Shown: positions 54,001-64,000 of the stretch, one piece after another
Layout: the number at the start of each line of letters is the position of its first letter
Numbering within the stretch: the stretch's first letter is position 1
Source of the DNA: Mytilus edulis
Taxonomy: Eukaryota
Reading direction: 5' to 3'
DNA length: 64,000 bases
Assembly (NCBI RefSeq): GCF_963676685.1
Contig: NC_092349.1
Coordinates: 7,316,001 to 7,380,000 of the forward strand
The notes under the pieces: generated by a model
Seen by the model: the letters and a program-made list of their open reading frames with translations, nothing else
What the model was told of the DNA's origin: nothing
The model's database searches: none
Position numbers and translations under genes: made by a program

Positions 54001-57000
54001 ACTTAAAAAAAATGACAGAAATTTACAAGTTAGCTAATCATGTGTAAACTCATGTAAGTATTTAGTAAGCAGGAAGTCGTGGAGTGATGAAACTGAAAAC
54101 ACATGGTTACACATCAAACGGTATAGCTGACATATATAAACTCTAAAACCAAATTTCAAAAATCCTTCTTATGTAATTCCTGAGAAAGGAGCGATGAAAA
54201 ATATTCATAGGACAGAGGGACAGATGGCCAGACAGAGGTAAAAAAGTATACCCCCTTTATTAAAGCGGTGTTATAATGATTCAGCTTAACTGAACAATAA
54301 ATGATATCATAAAAGAGTTATAAAATTTTATACCTGTGTAGATTGCTGTTCAATTGTTTCTGAATCTGAAAAAATATTACTTCCATCATACACCATTTGA
54401 CATGTCTCATGGGTCTGTAAGTAAATCATATAAAGATTAAATTCACCACAAGGCACAAGGCAACAGTAAATCTGAGAGGATTACATTTTTTTAACTTGCA
54501 CATTCTGTTGATGGGCCTTACTGTGAATTTTAGATGAATAACAACAATGCAGTGCTGTTCTTTTGCTTTTTGTGTTTATTTGTTATAGTGTGTCTACTGA
54601 TTTTTTGTTATGGATGGATACCCTATATCCTTAGTTTTTATACGATCGCAAACAAATTTTTGGGATCTTATAATGGTATGATGTCGTCTTCTGCTTCGTT
54701 GTCTGCATCATCCTCTTCGTCTTTGTTGGTTTACGAACAATAACTTTAGTTTGTAAATGATCTCTATGAAATCTAAGAAGGTTCAATATTACAAAAGGAA
54801 AGCATTTTTGTAGTTTCTGGACAATAACTTGTGTGTAGGATAATGGATCTCTTTGACATTGTACCATGTACAAGATTCCATATCACAAAAGGAAGGCCTG
54901 GATCATGTTAGGAGGTAATTGCTCAATTCATGCAGGAATAGGGTGTAAAACAGGGCCAAAAACAAACATTTTTCGAGTTTCGAGACAATTATTTGTGTTT
55001 AAGAGTATGAATCTCTCTGAAATTGTACTTCAAGGTCCCATACTACAAAGGAAAGGCTAGTATTCAGTGTGGGGTTAATTGCTCCAAGTGGGGATTCAAT
55101 AGTTGGAAGGGGGGTCTAAATTTTTTTGGAAATTTTCAAGAAGAATCTTTAATTGTACAGTATTGCGCAATAGATTTGATAGATCTTGACATTTTTTTTG
55201 TGTCAGAAACCTATACTATGTAAAAAATTTGATCACAATCCAAATTTCACCCAACTGTTCAGGGTTTAACATCTGCGGTTGTATCGGGCTGCGCTCAGCA
55301 AAGCAATTTATTATATTATATTATAAAACTATAACATGTTAACTACAATCTGTTAAAAAAGATCAAAATGAAAAATAATTATGTTGTTGACACCAGAAAT
55401 TTGTTTCAGAGGTAATGTGCTCATGATGACTGCAATTATGAAAATAAAATATCAACATATCTATAAAACTATATGCATTCATACATGAAATCTTGATCCA
55501 ACCAATTTTTATAACAACTATCAAAATGATGAAATTCCAATATTAGACATGTTAAACAGACCGCTTTCATATCTAATATGCCATATACCAAATTTGAATT
55601 ATTCTATCATAATTGAGCATAAAATCAAATTTCCATAAAGACTATACAAGTTTTGTAGTACTTACAATTCCATCTGTTTGTGTCTCAATTGTATTTTGGC
55701 TCTCAATCAAAGTATCCATACAATGTATTGAACTGTCTTTAACCTAAAAATAGAAAGCATACTTGAATACTACAATCAGACAGACAGACAGAGACAGACA
55801 GACAGAAAGACAGAGACAGACAGACAGACAGAAATCTGACATGTCTGACAGAAGTTAAGACCCTTTTTACCAAAGATGAAGATTATGCTTCATTAAATGT
55901 GTTAAATTATCATATCTGTACTATAAATGAGATTTTTATCAGTATATGACATCTATAAAATCATTCTTACTAGACACATTCAATTTAACATATTTGTATA
56001 GATGTAGGAAGATGTGGTGTGAGTGCCATTGAGACAATCCTCCATCCAAATAACAATTTATAAAAGTAAACCATTATAAGTTAATGTACGGCCTTCAACA
56101 TGTATAGATAAAATGATTGCAAAAAAATGCTAAAATCAAATATAAACTTTTGAAAAATTAAATTTATCCTATATATTTTTGTTGCCAACTGGTCTTATTT
56201 TGGTACCTTTGATGAACATTCCTCATATGTATATATATCCTCATCTAGTTCTTTTCTTGTAAATTCTTTTCTGCAGCTAATACAGACAGCTACAAATGTA
56301 AAATTAGATAAGTCAAAATATTATAAGTAACATAATCTGCCTGGTGTATGTTTGTAGAATATATATTGTTAACTATAAAGAATATTTTATCTAAAATATT
56401 ATCTAGCATTGTATTGATATACAGTTGAGCTTAATCACTTTTCAAGTACAGACATGAATTTATTCAAAAACAATAATTTCAAACTTCAAGTTTAAATATT
56501 TTTATAAAACACCATCATCATCATCATATATATATGCAAAATGTTTTATAAATTTTGTCATCATGTACATGAAAATTAGACATCATCATCATATATATAT
56601 ATATGCAAAATGTTTGATAAATTTTGTCATCATGTACATGAAAATCAGACTTCTGTTTGAGTAGTTGTGGCAAGTGAGATTTTCATTATTAATTCACTTT
56701 GATATTTATAAATCATGTTTCTATACATGCTATAAGTTCAGTCATGTCAGTTATAATTGAATGTAACTTTAGATTTAAACAACACTACTGGCTTATTGAC
56801 CTGTTAGGTGTTTGGAAGCTATAAAAACTTTGTTAACAGATTTTTTTACTATATTTTTTCATCCATAATCTTGTCCCCGTTTACTTTTTTAATTGTAATT
56901 GAAATGTCTAATTGTCTTTCTTGTGTTACTGGGTTTCTGTACCCATTGACCTCTAACATAAGAAATAGTGATAGGGGAGTGATAGTCTTGTCATAGTGTA

Positions 57001-60000
57001 CATTATTTGTTATAGTTTTACTATAGATGCCTGATGACTTTGATATTCTAGGAGGTAAGGGAGAGAGGGTTCAAGGGGATTTGGGAAATAAATGGTCCAA
57101 CTTTATTAAAAGCAGAAATAATTTCTGCCTAAATATTATTTGAAACTAATTAACTTTCACAATAAAGAAAATAATTTATTGTGATACTTTGACTTCAGGA
57201 TGAACTTTTAAATCTACAGGCCCAGGGCTCAATTGTGGGACAAATTTAGTTAGATTATGTTGGCCTGTAGAAATGATTTTCATAGGCCCAAAAACAGTTT
57301 TACTTGCCTAGGCTGCTGGGCCTTTGTGAAGACTGCATGGATACTTAAACTAAAGAAGAATAAAAATATCTGTTTTCTTAAACTAGAACCTGTCCCCATT
57401 GAGAATATCCAAATGTAATTCTAGTCAAATTGGCACCTGGTTAAATCGGCACCTGGTTAAAACGGCCCTTAATTTAGTCATTTCGGCACCTATGTAAAAT
57501 ATATGTGGAATATGCCTATTTTTTCAATAAAATAAATGTGTTATCTGGCAATTATCGACTTTAAAATATCTTTGTGGATTTAAGTATGTTTTTTTGTTGT
57601 TGTTCAACTTAATATGTCTTCAAGGTATTGGATATTTGTAAGATACAAAGGCATAGCACCCCTTTAAAAATTGAGTTTTACAATTGGACATCATTATATC
57701 CCCCACACCAACCCATATACAAAAGTACATTGACTTACGTGTTCCTACTGGCAGAACAACACCAGTTTTTCTGAATAAAGTTGTTACATCATCAAAGTGA
57801 AGACATTTGCTTCTTTTTCTCTTCTTCTCATTGTGGCTTACAACTTCTGACGAATGGGTGTGGTCTATTTCTGGATGTGTACTAATGTGAGATGGTACCA
57901 GGCAAAGAAGTCTATTTCTTTTCTTTTCATTTAGTTTAAGAAAGTTATTGAAATGTGACGAACAAATAGAATAGGTATTAGCTAACACATTTTGTGGTAA
58001 AATACCAGCTTCAGTAAGCACAATAATAATGTCATCATATGAACATGTTTTTAAATGGAAAAAGTCTTCAGAACATCTGATAAATTCTTTGGATAACGAT
58101 CCAAACTGGCAGAAAGTCATTTTTCAATCACCCTGAATCATTATTTGTCGATCACAAAGCCTTGAATCTACTATAAAGTTAAGATGATGGTTGTTTTACA
58201 TCTTGTTGTCTGCTGACATCTTGTTTATTTGTTACCTCATAATAGGAAGAGTTTTTAACAAGGGAGATAACTTTATAGCTATGTTGGAATAAATATTGAT
58301 GTTAGCACTAGCTGTACTTTATAAACAGCTATATGCACTAAACAAAGATACTTATTTTTATTTATATTATATATTACATTAAAAATAGTACTCTAGTGCA
58401 GCATTTGAAAAGAATATTTATTTCAAATCACAAAAACGTCACCATTTTTTTTAACAAATTATATACAAATATAGGGCCAAAGCAATGCATTTAACTTTTT
58501 TATTTTAAATATCACCTCTCTATAATTTAACATACGTTGAAAACAATATCTTCAAGATTTATCCCTAAAAAATCCTACAGATCTGTTGTCCAATTTTTTT
58601 TTTAATTTGTTTTGAAAATTGCTGAAAATGTTAAATTTGAAAACTAGTGTATTTTCCCAGAGTTCCACAGGCTGGTACAGTAAAACGAAAATATGCACAG
58701 CTTTCATTTTTTTTAATTTGTGTAGAACTATAATAATCCTTTCAGGGTATTAACAGTGATAAAATTACAACTACTTCCTTGTTATGTTAAGATAGTTTAA
58801 ATTTTGGTTTTTTTTCCAGATTTTGAATCGAAAAAAAAAACAGTCTTTTTAAATATGTTGTGTTACCATGGCAACACATATTTTTTTAACATTTTTTTTT
58901 ATTTGAATATTGTTTTATGCCTATAATGCACCATTCAGCCAAGTTTTGTCTGATTTCATGACATACTATTTCCTTGTCATTTTGGTGCTTACAGAGAATG
59001 ACTCTTAAAACCATGTACAAACTAGTGTTAAACATATAAAAAGTTTATTATAAAAGTACAAAACTAGTCACTTATAATTCATTTTGGAACAAATATTTTA
59101 CTTTTTACTGACATCACATTATGATTATAATGATTGTTTTCATCACATTGGTTGTGATGAATGAATTACCGTGATTTCCCAGTGACATAAAAACCAATAA
59201 TTTCAAATAAATCTACACATTTTACTCCTCTTACATTTACGTCATACAACAACGTGTGTTATCAAGACGTTGTCTATGACAAAGCAACAAAACAACTGAG
59301 AATGCGTAGAATTAAGTTCTTTTCATTTTCTACAGTTTTTCCATTACGAAGTTCATGGTCAATGGAAAAAAATAACTGATCCAATAATTACTCACATTCG
59401 TCAATTAACGTGTTGTTTTGTTTCTTGTTATTTCGGTATTTGAATTATTGGATTAGTTATTCAATAATCAACATAAGAGAAGTATATTATGTTCGTACAT
59501 TTTCTGTACTCGTACTTTCTGTTGTGTATAAAAAGGATAAAAGTTTTGCAAAAGAGTTTTTGAAATCTTATATCAACAAAACGTTCTCCTAAATGACACA
59601 GGCATTATTCACCCTATTGAAGAAAAAACCCGTAAAGTTCACACCAGAAATGTGGTACAATACAGATATTAGGTATTTAAAGAAGTGCTTGACCTTTTTG
59701 CAATTAAAAATTAGTTACCGTTATATATTATGTTTCCCATTAAGAACTCGATATAGAAGATTTTCTGCGAAATGCATATCTGGTGCAGTAGAATTGGTAT
59801 CCTCAATGTTATTTTATAATATGATAAACCTAAGATGAATACGTTTACTATGTTTTAAAGATTACCGTTATTCCACTATTACATATAGCAATCATTTTAA
59901 TTCGGTTTAGTGTCTTACAGTCCTAAGTAATAATATGTTTGTTTTTGTATGTAGAAAAAGAACGCAGAACTGCTGCCAAAAACTGATGGACTGTTCAATG

Positions 60001-61056
60001 AAATGTAACGACGATAGCAATGTCAAGACCATTGCAAAAAGCACTATACCCTTAACCAAATTGGAATCTGGTTCAGATGATAACAAGGAAAGAGAAAATC
60101 ACAGCAGGAGCAGGTATGTGTTGATATGAACATGCATGTTGTTGACACTTTTGTATTAAAATTATAGCATAATTAAAGATGTATGTCAATTGAAATATAT
60201 TCAATTAATTTTAAAAAATGTGGCTTATTGATAAAACGAATTACCGGAAAAGATATATTGAATTACTAGATCTTCATTAACAAAAATGAAATAAGAGAAG
60301 GGGACTTGAGTTCTAAATCATGTCATTGTGTTTAATATATTTGATATATAAAAATATGAAAGTTATAAAATCATCCTTCATATAGAGAGACAAAATTTAA
60401 CAAAGGAAGTTTAGTTTCATATTTAAATATACATATGATTGATTTAACTTGTTTTATAGCTAAGTAAATCTCTCACGTGACAGTCATATAGAATTCCATT
60501 ATATTGACAACAATGTGTGAGCAAAACAAACAGACATAAATGGCCATTTGTCAACTAAGACATAGACACACATTTTCACTCAGTTTAATGTCGTACAATA
60601 TTACTGTGATATTAGTCTTACTATATTGTCGTCCTAATGTTTAGAAATAAGGAAGAAAGCCGCAGCCAAAATTTGGATGACAGCTTTATCAGCTGTCATG
60701 GTATCACTTTCGACCCCGAATATACACCCGTAATCTTCATAAACAACACTGTTAAATCAGGTGACTTGGAAGATACGTTCGATGTTGATAATACCATAAC
60801 TGAAAACAAAATCAACCGTAGAAGCAAGTATGTAGCAACACTGACATGCATGCCGTTATCGATTATGAAATTCACAAGTGATTTAAAAATCCTCAGATAC
60901 TAATTCTTTATACCTATACCATTTATACCAATCGAATGTTAAAAATTGGTTTCCTCTCTGACTTTTATGAACAGATGTGGCGTATGGAGTACCAGGATGA
61001 AATGTAGAAGATTATTTTTCTGTTGGGCAAATTTAATTAAAAAATCGTTTATATAA
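23642..61056 (+). CDS. Type I membrane Ig-superfamily receptor/cell-adhesion protein (V-C2-I-TM-cytoplasmic), about 559 aa without leader; join(23642..24034,38606..39100,42610..42885,45232..45322,59955..60113,60645..60827,60975..61056)
   Basis: All junctions are GT/AG and phase-compatible (1,1,1,2,2,2) with no internal stops. The signal-peptide exon was not identified. The tail exons are less certain than the Ig exons. Confidence 0.75.
25358..25503. mobile_element. Fold-back MITE (long inverted repeat with short spacer)
   Basis: gttacatagtgtgttagtgacctaatacgatatat..agtaaattccata versus tatggaatttact..atatatcgtatta[catgta]ggtcactaacacactatgtaac. Confidence 0.75.
27511..27932. mobile_element. 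Degenerate TIR element with a nested SINE-like copy (27684-27831)
   Basis: cactacagctcaggtggattttgcttt versus the inverted aaagcaaaatccgaccgggctgttgtg. Confidence 0.5.
31066..31597 (-). mobile_element. Retrozyme: about 350-bp tandem unit (1.5 copies) with a hammerhead ribozyme
   Basis: gttatcaaaggtaccagg at 31070 and 31412 (342-nt period; the first unit has a deletion of about 12 nt in the ribozyme core). Matches the known metazoan non-LTR retrozyme organisation. Confidence 0.85.
31443..31486 (-). ncRNA. Type I hammerhead ribozyme
   Basis: Minus strand reads GCGUCA CUGAUGA GUCU-uaugu-AGAC GAAA CUCGCG UC^ UGGCGU: helix I, conserved core, helix II, minimal helix III and a GUC cleavage triplet. 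Confidence 0.88.
31866..33052 (-). mobile_element. Penelope-like retroelement family B, RT C-terminus plus 3' region
   Basis: Minus-strand translation CPFLDFDIYITNGKLNTKIYDKRDDFSFPIVNYPFLDGDVPLSPSYGVYISQLVRFARVC. Confidence 0.85.
33359..33700. repeat. Interspersed repeat (aaaagtaaaatcacaaaaa..ctgaact family)
   Basis: Inverted, better-preserved copy at about 40190-40402. Confidence 0.6.
34106..35459. mobile_element. Non-autonomous P-superfamily-like DNA transposon (1354 bp)
   Basis: 34-bp TIR catggaagtattatattgacaggaactac(a/t)acga with 1 mismatch; 7-bp TSD CTGGAAA (34099-34105 / 35460-35466); CAT..ATG termini. Confidence 0.8.
35606..36189. mobile_element. MITE with about 56-bp TIRs (TAG...CTA termini)
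   Basis: tagaagtgggacatttaaagacgtatcgtatccgtatctgatacgttgacgtatct and its inverted copy ending at 36189. TSD not resolved. Confidence 0.75.
38606..39100 (+). CDS. Exon: Ser/Thr/Asn-rich segment plus Ig C2-type domain
   Basis: ttcag| acceptor and |gtaagt donor; FREGEIIQFTCMGNIGKPPGKFVW...SNLTVEISADHVKAKFRC. Confidence 0.9.
40577..40968 (+). mobile_element. Penelope-like family A 3' fragment
   Basis: Near-identical to 21335-21625. Inverted copies of its tail lie at 22597-22753 and 41890-42005. Confidence 0.75.
42610..42885 (+). CDS. Exon: Ig I-set/C2 domain
   Basis: tttgtag| acceptor and |gtgggt donor; KITLTCKGDGNPQPTYKWF...NNSGVYICEAYN. Confidence 0.9.
43010..43370. repeat. Old degenerate retrozyme-related copy
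   Basis: Eroded matches to the 31066-31597 unit (tgcctgaggga..accttagttt, ctgactac, accagcagtgg, ttcatcaggacg). Similar relics at about 23200-23340, 26400-26620 and 41355-41405. Confidence 0.45.
45232..45322 (+). CDS. Exon: transmembrane helix plus stop-transfer signal
   Basis: tttatttgtag| then (V)HVVYVILVIFAVVIGALVVRKYYYKPANK; donor aa|gtaaat. Confidence 0.8.
47247..58120 (-). CDS. Sola3-type DDD transposase, 1052 aa, 9 exons; complement(join(47247..47920,49084..49252,50274..51053,51716..51936,52553..53243,54334..54414,55666..55743,56207..56289,57739..58120))
   Basis: All introns GT-AG and phase-consistent; total 3159 nt with no internal stop. Motifs VLPVGT/PVCISC, DHCLTYGGSDP..C.H.H..C..C, VCDWAMKFLP..RESQCDWFAKRGIPWH, WSDNAACY, EAQNGKGPCDR; C-terminal C2H2-like finger and GWALK..RF..Q..YL helical domain. 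Confidence 0.88.
55778..55832. repeat. (GACA)n microsatellite in a transposase intron
   Basis: Direct reading. Confidence 0.9.
56510..56650. repeat. Tandem duplication of about 69 bp
   Basis: catcatcatcatatatatatgcaaaatgttt.ataaattttgtcatcatgtacatgaaaat.aga occurs twice. Confidence 0.85.
59955..61056 (+). CDS. Cytoplasmic-tail exons of the Ig receptor (59955-60113, 60645-60827, 60975-61056)
   Basis: Phase-2 symmetric exons of 159 and 183 nt with gtatgt donors. Open frame KRTQNCCQKLMDCS.../NKEESRSQNLDDSFISC..EYTPVIF.../CGVWSTRMK...SFI*. Confidence 0.62.
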
Positions 61057-64000
61057 TTTCAAGGGCATGAAAGGGATATAAATGTATTTCAAAAATACTT
61101 TTCTCCCCGTTTTGACCATTTCATTGGGTTTATTCAAAATGATAAATAATAAATGATTCATTGTCAAATGTGCTGGTAAGCACATGGATGGTAGAAATTT
61201 ATACGTTTTGATGTTGTTACAAATTGTCATTATCTGATTCACCATTTCACATTCTTTTCAAATGCCTTACTGGACTTACCAATTGCTCCAGGAATCTAAA
61301 AAAGATTTGAGCGAAAACATCCAATCATAAACATATGTAGAGACTATCAATCGATTCCTCGTAGCACATACTTTATATTCTGTTTTGGATTTAATTTCTA
61401 TTCTGAAAAACCTTTATTATAGTTGTACTTTAAGGTCAACTGTAAATACAAATACAGTGGTCCAGCTAGGTCGTTTTCACAGGGCGGTCCGTCCTTCCCC
61501 GATTGCCGCCCTGTGCCCTTTTTTCAGACGCTCTGTGCCCTTTTTTAGTCTATTCCTTTATTGACTAATACTAATGTTTGCCTTATCTTTTTTGTTGCAT
61601 CAAATATTTTTTAAACAGGTTCTCGTTTGTGTATCATATTCAATAACGGTTAATCCACTAATTTTGATACATTTGTAAACTTTAAATGTGAATTGAATAT
61701 TAGTACTAACGACTGAGCGTTATAAATATAGAGACTTGGAGTAGCAATACATGTTGTTTATTTGAAGTTAATATTAATCAAACTATTTGCATGTTCAACA
61801 TTCAGAACTTGAATGAATTGTTTTTAACCTAATTTTGAAGTTCTATATTTTAATTTATTAACCCATAGCCTTTAAACAAATTTTCGAAGAAAAACATACT
61901 TGTAAAATGTGTTCTTAAATTTCAATTGACAATGACAAAGACATTCATTTTAAATCAAATGATAAGTATTTTAATGACAACACGTTATGTTTTATTCTGT
62001 TTTTAAGATGTATTAAATTGAAAAATATAATGACCGAAAACAGATTAATCTGGCTTGTGGACCTAAAGAATTATGCAACAGTCTGATTTTGATTTGTTTT
62101 AAATGTTTTAAAATTACCAAACAAGTACTAAAGTTAACTTCATACTATCATTAACATTCCCATTATATTAATTTATGTCTATTTATAATTATGTAACATA
62201 CCCTTTATTGGCCGATGATTAGTTTAATAGAAATTGTATTAGTAGAACAGCTACATGAAATTATACTGCTTTCATTTGAGTGTGTTATACTAAGATATGT
62301 GTGAAAATACATATATTGTATATAACTGCATTTTACGTGGTTTCAAAATATGTACTGTACCATGACTTTTCAGTGTTTTGTTTAATGGGCAATGTGAGGT
62401 ATGTCATCATTTATCGTCCATAGTCGTTGTCCATTGTTCTATGTCGTTGATGTAGTGATCATTGTCAACTTTCCGTCACTTTATAAATATCCTCTCTTAA
62501 CCTACAGAATCATTTCATTCAAACTGAAAAAAGTTAGATTGATTTACTGAGTATAAAGTGTAAAGGGCTTTTGGTCATTGTTGATCAATTGAAATGGGCA
62601 CACATGTTGCATTCATTCAGAACATAAAAGAAGAAGGTAAGTAATAAAATGAATAATTTTCCAAGATCTTCAACAAGATGCTATAGCAGTTTACAAATAT
62701 TCAAATGATCAAATGTTTAACAATATTTATCAAAACACAAAATCCGATAAAAATTTACAATGGTGCAAAACCGAATTTGTCGATAGGGAAATCATTGTTA
62801 AACGTCTCCAGCCTTCCATAAATCACCCCAATTGTGAATGCAACTCTGTCTCAGTATCGTACCCTGGTGAAAAGTTAACGGTTTTAAGATCAGACGATAA
62901 TTCTGATAATTTTGTCCAGAGTTATTTGTCCCCCTTGTGTTGAGAGACAAACATGTCATATCAGGTACCATGTTCGATTTGATTGATTTAGGGTGTTTAA
63001 CGCCACGTTTAAGCACCAACGACTTCGATAGGAAAACTGACAATATTAGTAAATTACGATTGGAATCAAATGCACCTGACTAGCAGGGTTCGAAATCACT
63101 ATATCAGTGTTTACTAGCTAGTGAGCACTGTAGCAACTACATAGACCACTCAGTCACTGAGGCCCCTATCCTGTTCGAAAATTTCAAATCGTTCTTTCAT
63201 GTAACCCCACTGAAGAAAGATCTATGCACTTCTATGATTACTAAAAGTAAATAAGATATAATGTGAATTAGATAATATGTAATGCATCGATTGAGTTATA
63301 AAGCGATATCAAATGGGACAGACAGGTGACATTTCTACTTCGAAATGGTAAATTGAGAATAAGATAAGTTAAATAGCATGAAAGGTGGAAATGTTCATTA
63401 AAAAAAATCATATGTCTTACTGGTGAAGGATTAAGGCTTTTTGGAGTTGTCTGATTGTTTTTTTTATGTATTTGATTCTTATATATATTATGCAATTATT
63501 GATTAATATTCTTTTGATATCGTATTCACCTGTTATATAAGAGGTAAAAATTATTTTTTTCGAAGCGGAGAAGAAAAAAACCTGGTGACAACTGTCGATA
63601 TAAACCCAATATTGGAAGCTACTTCTGATTCTATATATGCTGATCCATGTGATAAAATCAAATATGGACACGTAAGCGATGAAACAGACATAGACATCAA
63701 GTATGTATATCTTATAAAAGCTATCTAACATACATATTTTTTCTTGTGGGATTTTTAAAAATTCATACACTTGGTGTTCTAATTTAACGAGTTCAGTTAT
63801 CATAATCTTTTCGTTACTGACTGTAAAAAATAAAATACAAACTAAATGAAATGTATTAACAATATAAACTCATAGAAACCTCACTGCATAAGACCACACA
63901 CAAGAATACACCTGAATAAGTAATGTAAAAAAAATCGATAATGGGATAAATCAATATCGAATTGCCTTTAAATTCATTCGATTCCAAGACACATAAATTA

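Larger units (their letters stand above)
45519..59004 (-). mobile_element. Sola3-type DNA transposon (13.5 kb) inside the Ig-gene intron
   Basis: Right end ...agagaatgaCTC|TTAA (Sola3 GAG..CTC termini, TTAA target). Left end CTAA|GTAATTCTCT is a damaged version of it. Mirrored subterminal motifs gttgccatgg(a/t)aac and tagagaggtgatattt. Encodes a Sola3-type transposase. Confidence 0.8.

Noticed and set aside
54631-54873. Acidic or basic ORF as an additional transposase exon
   Set aside because: Part of a HINE-like repeat end (gacgac microsatellite plus terminal hairpin); the flanking exons splice in phase without it.
58196-58219. Upstream in-frame ATG extending the transposase
   Set aside because: MSADNKM* stops after 7 codons and another TGA precedes 58120; at most a uORF.
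60715-60735. Canonical ITIM in the receptor tail
   Set aside because: PEYTPV has Pro at position -2 instead of S/I/V/L; recorded only as a YxxV motif.
61100-64000. Short ORFs of 70-128 aa
   Set aside because: No motifs or coherent splice structure, and low-complexity AT-rich composition; treated as 3' UTR/intergenic sequence with eroded repeats.

Overview
AT-rich eukaryotic DNA, densely packed with repeats. The repeat families, the retrozyme and the Ig-gene style suggest a bivalve, probably Mytilus; this is inference, not a database result. Main contents: (1) the 5' end and ORF1 of a Tx1/L1-type LINE running off the left edge; (2) an 8.2 kb internally deleted, pseudogenised Polinton/Maverick (6612-14845) with AGTAGT..ACTACT TIRs and a 6-bp TSD. 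It carries a C2H2-fused protein-primed PolB with a spliceosomal intron inside motif B, an A32-type packaging ATPase with a Zn-finger/acidic tail, and only the chromodomain of the integrase. (3) One host gene, a type I membrane Ig-superfamily receptor (V-C2-I-TM-cytoplasmic tail, + strand, 23642-61056, 7 reconstructed exons; leader exon not found). (4) Inside its TM-to-tail intron, a 13.5 kb Sola3 DNA transposon (45519-59004) with an apparently intact 9-exon, 1052-aa DDD transposase on the - strand but a damaged terminus at 45519. (5) A hammerhead retrozyme repeat, Chapaev-like and P-like non-autonomous elements with clean TIR/TSDs, Penelope-like RT fragments, a Ngaro-type hydrolase remnant, several MITEs and SINE-like repeats. 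Splice models were built by hand from GT/AG sites, phase and motif continuity, with no transcript evidence.
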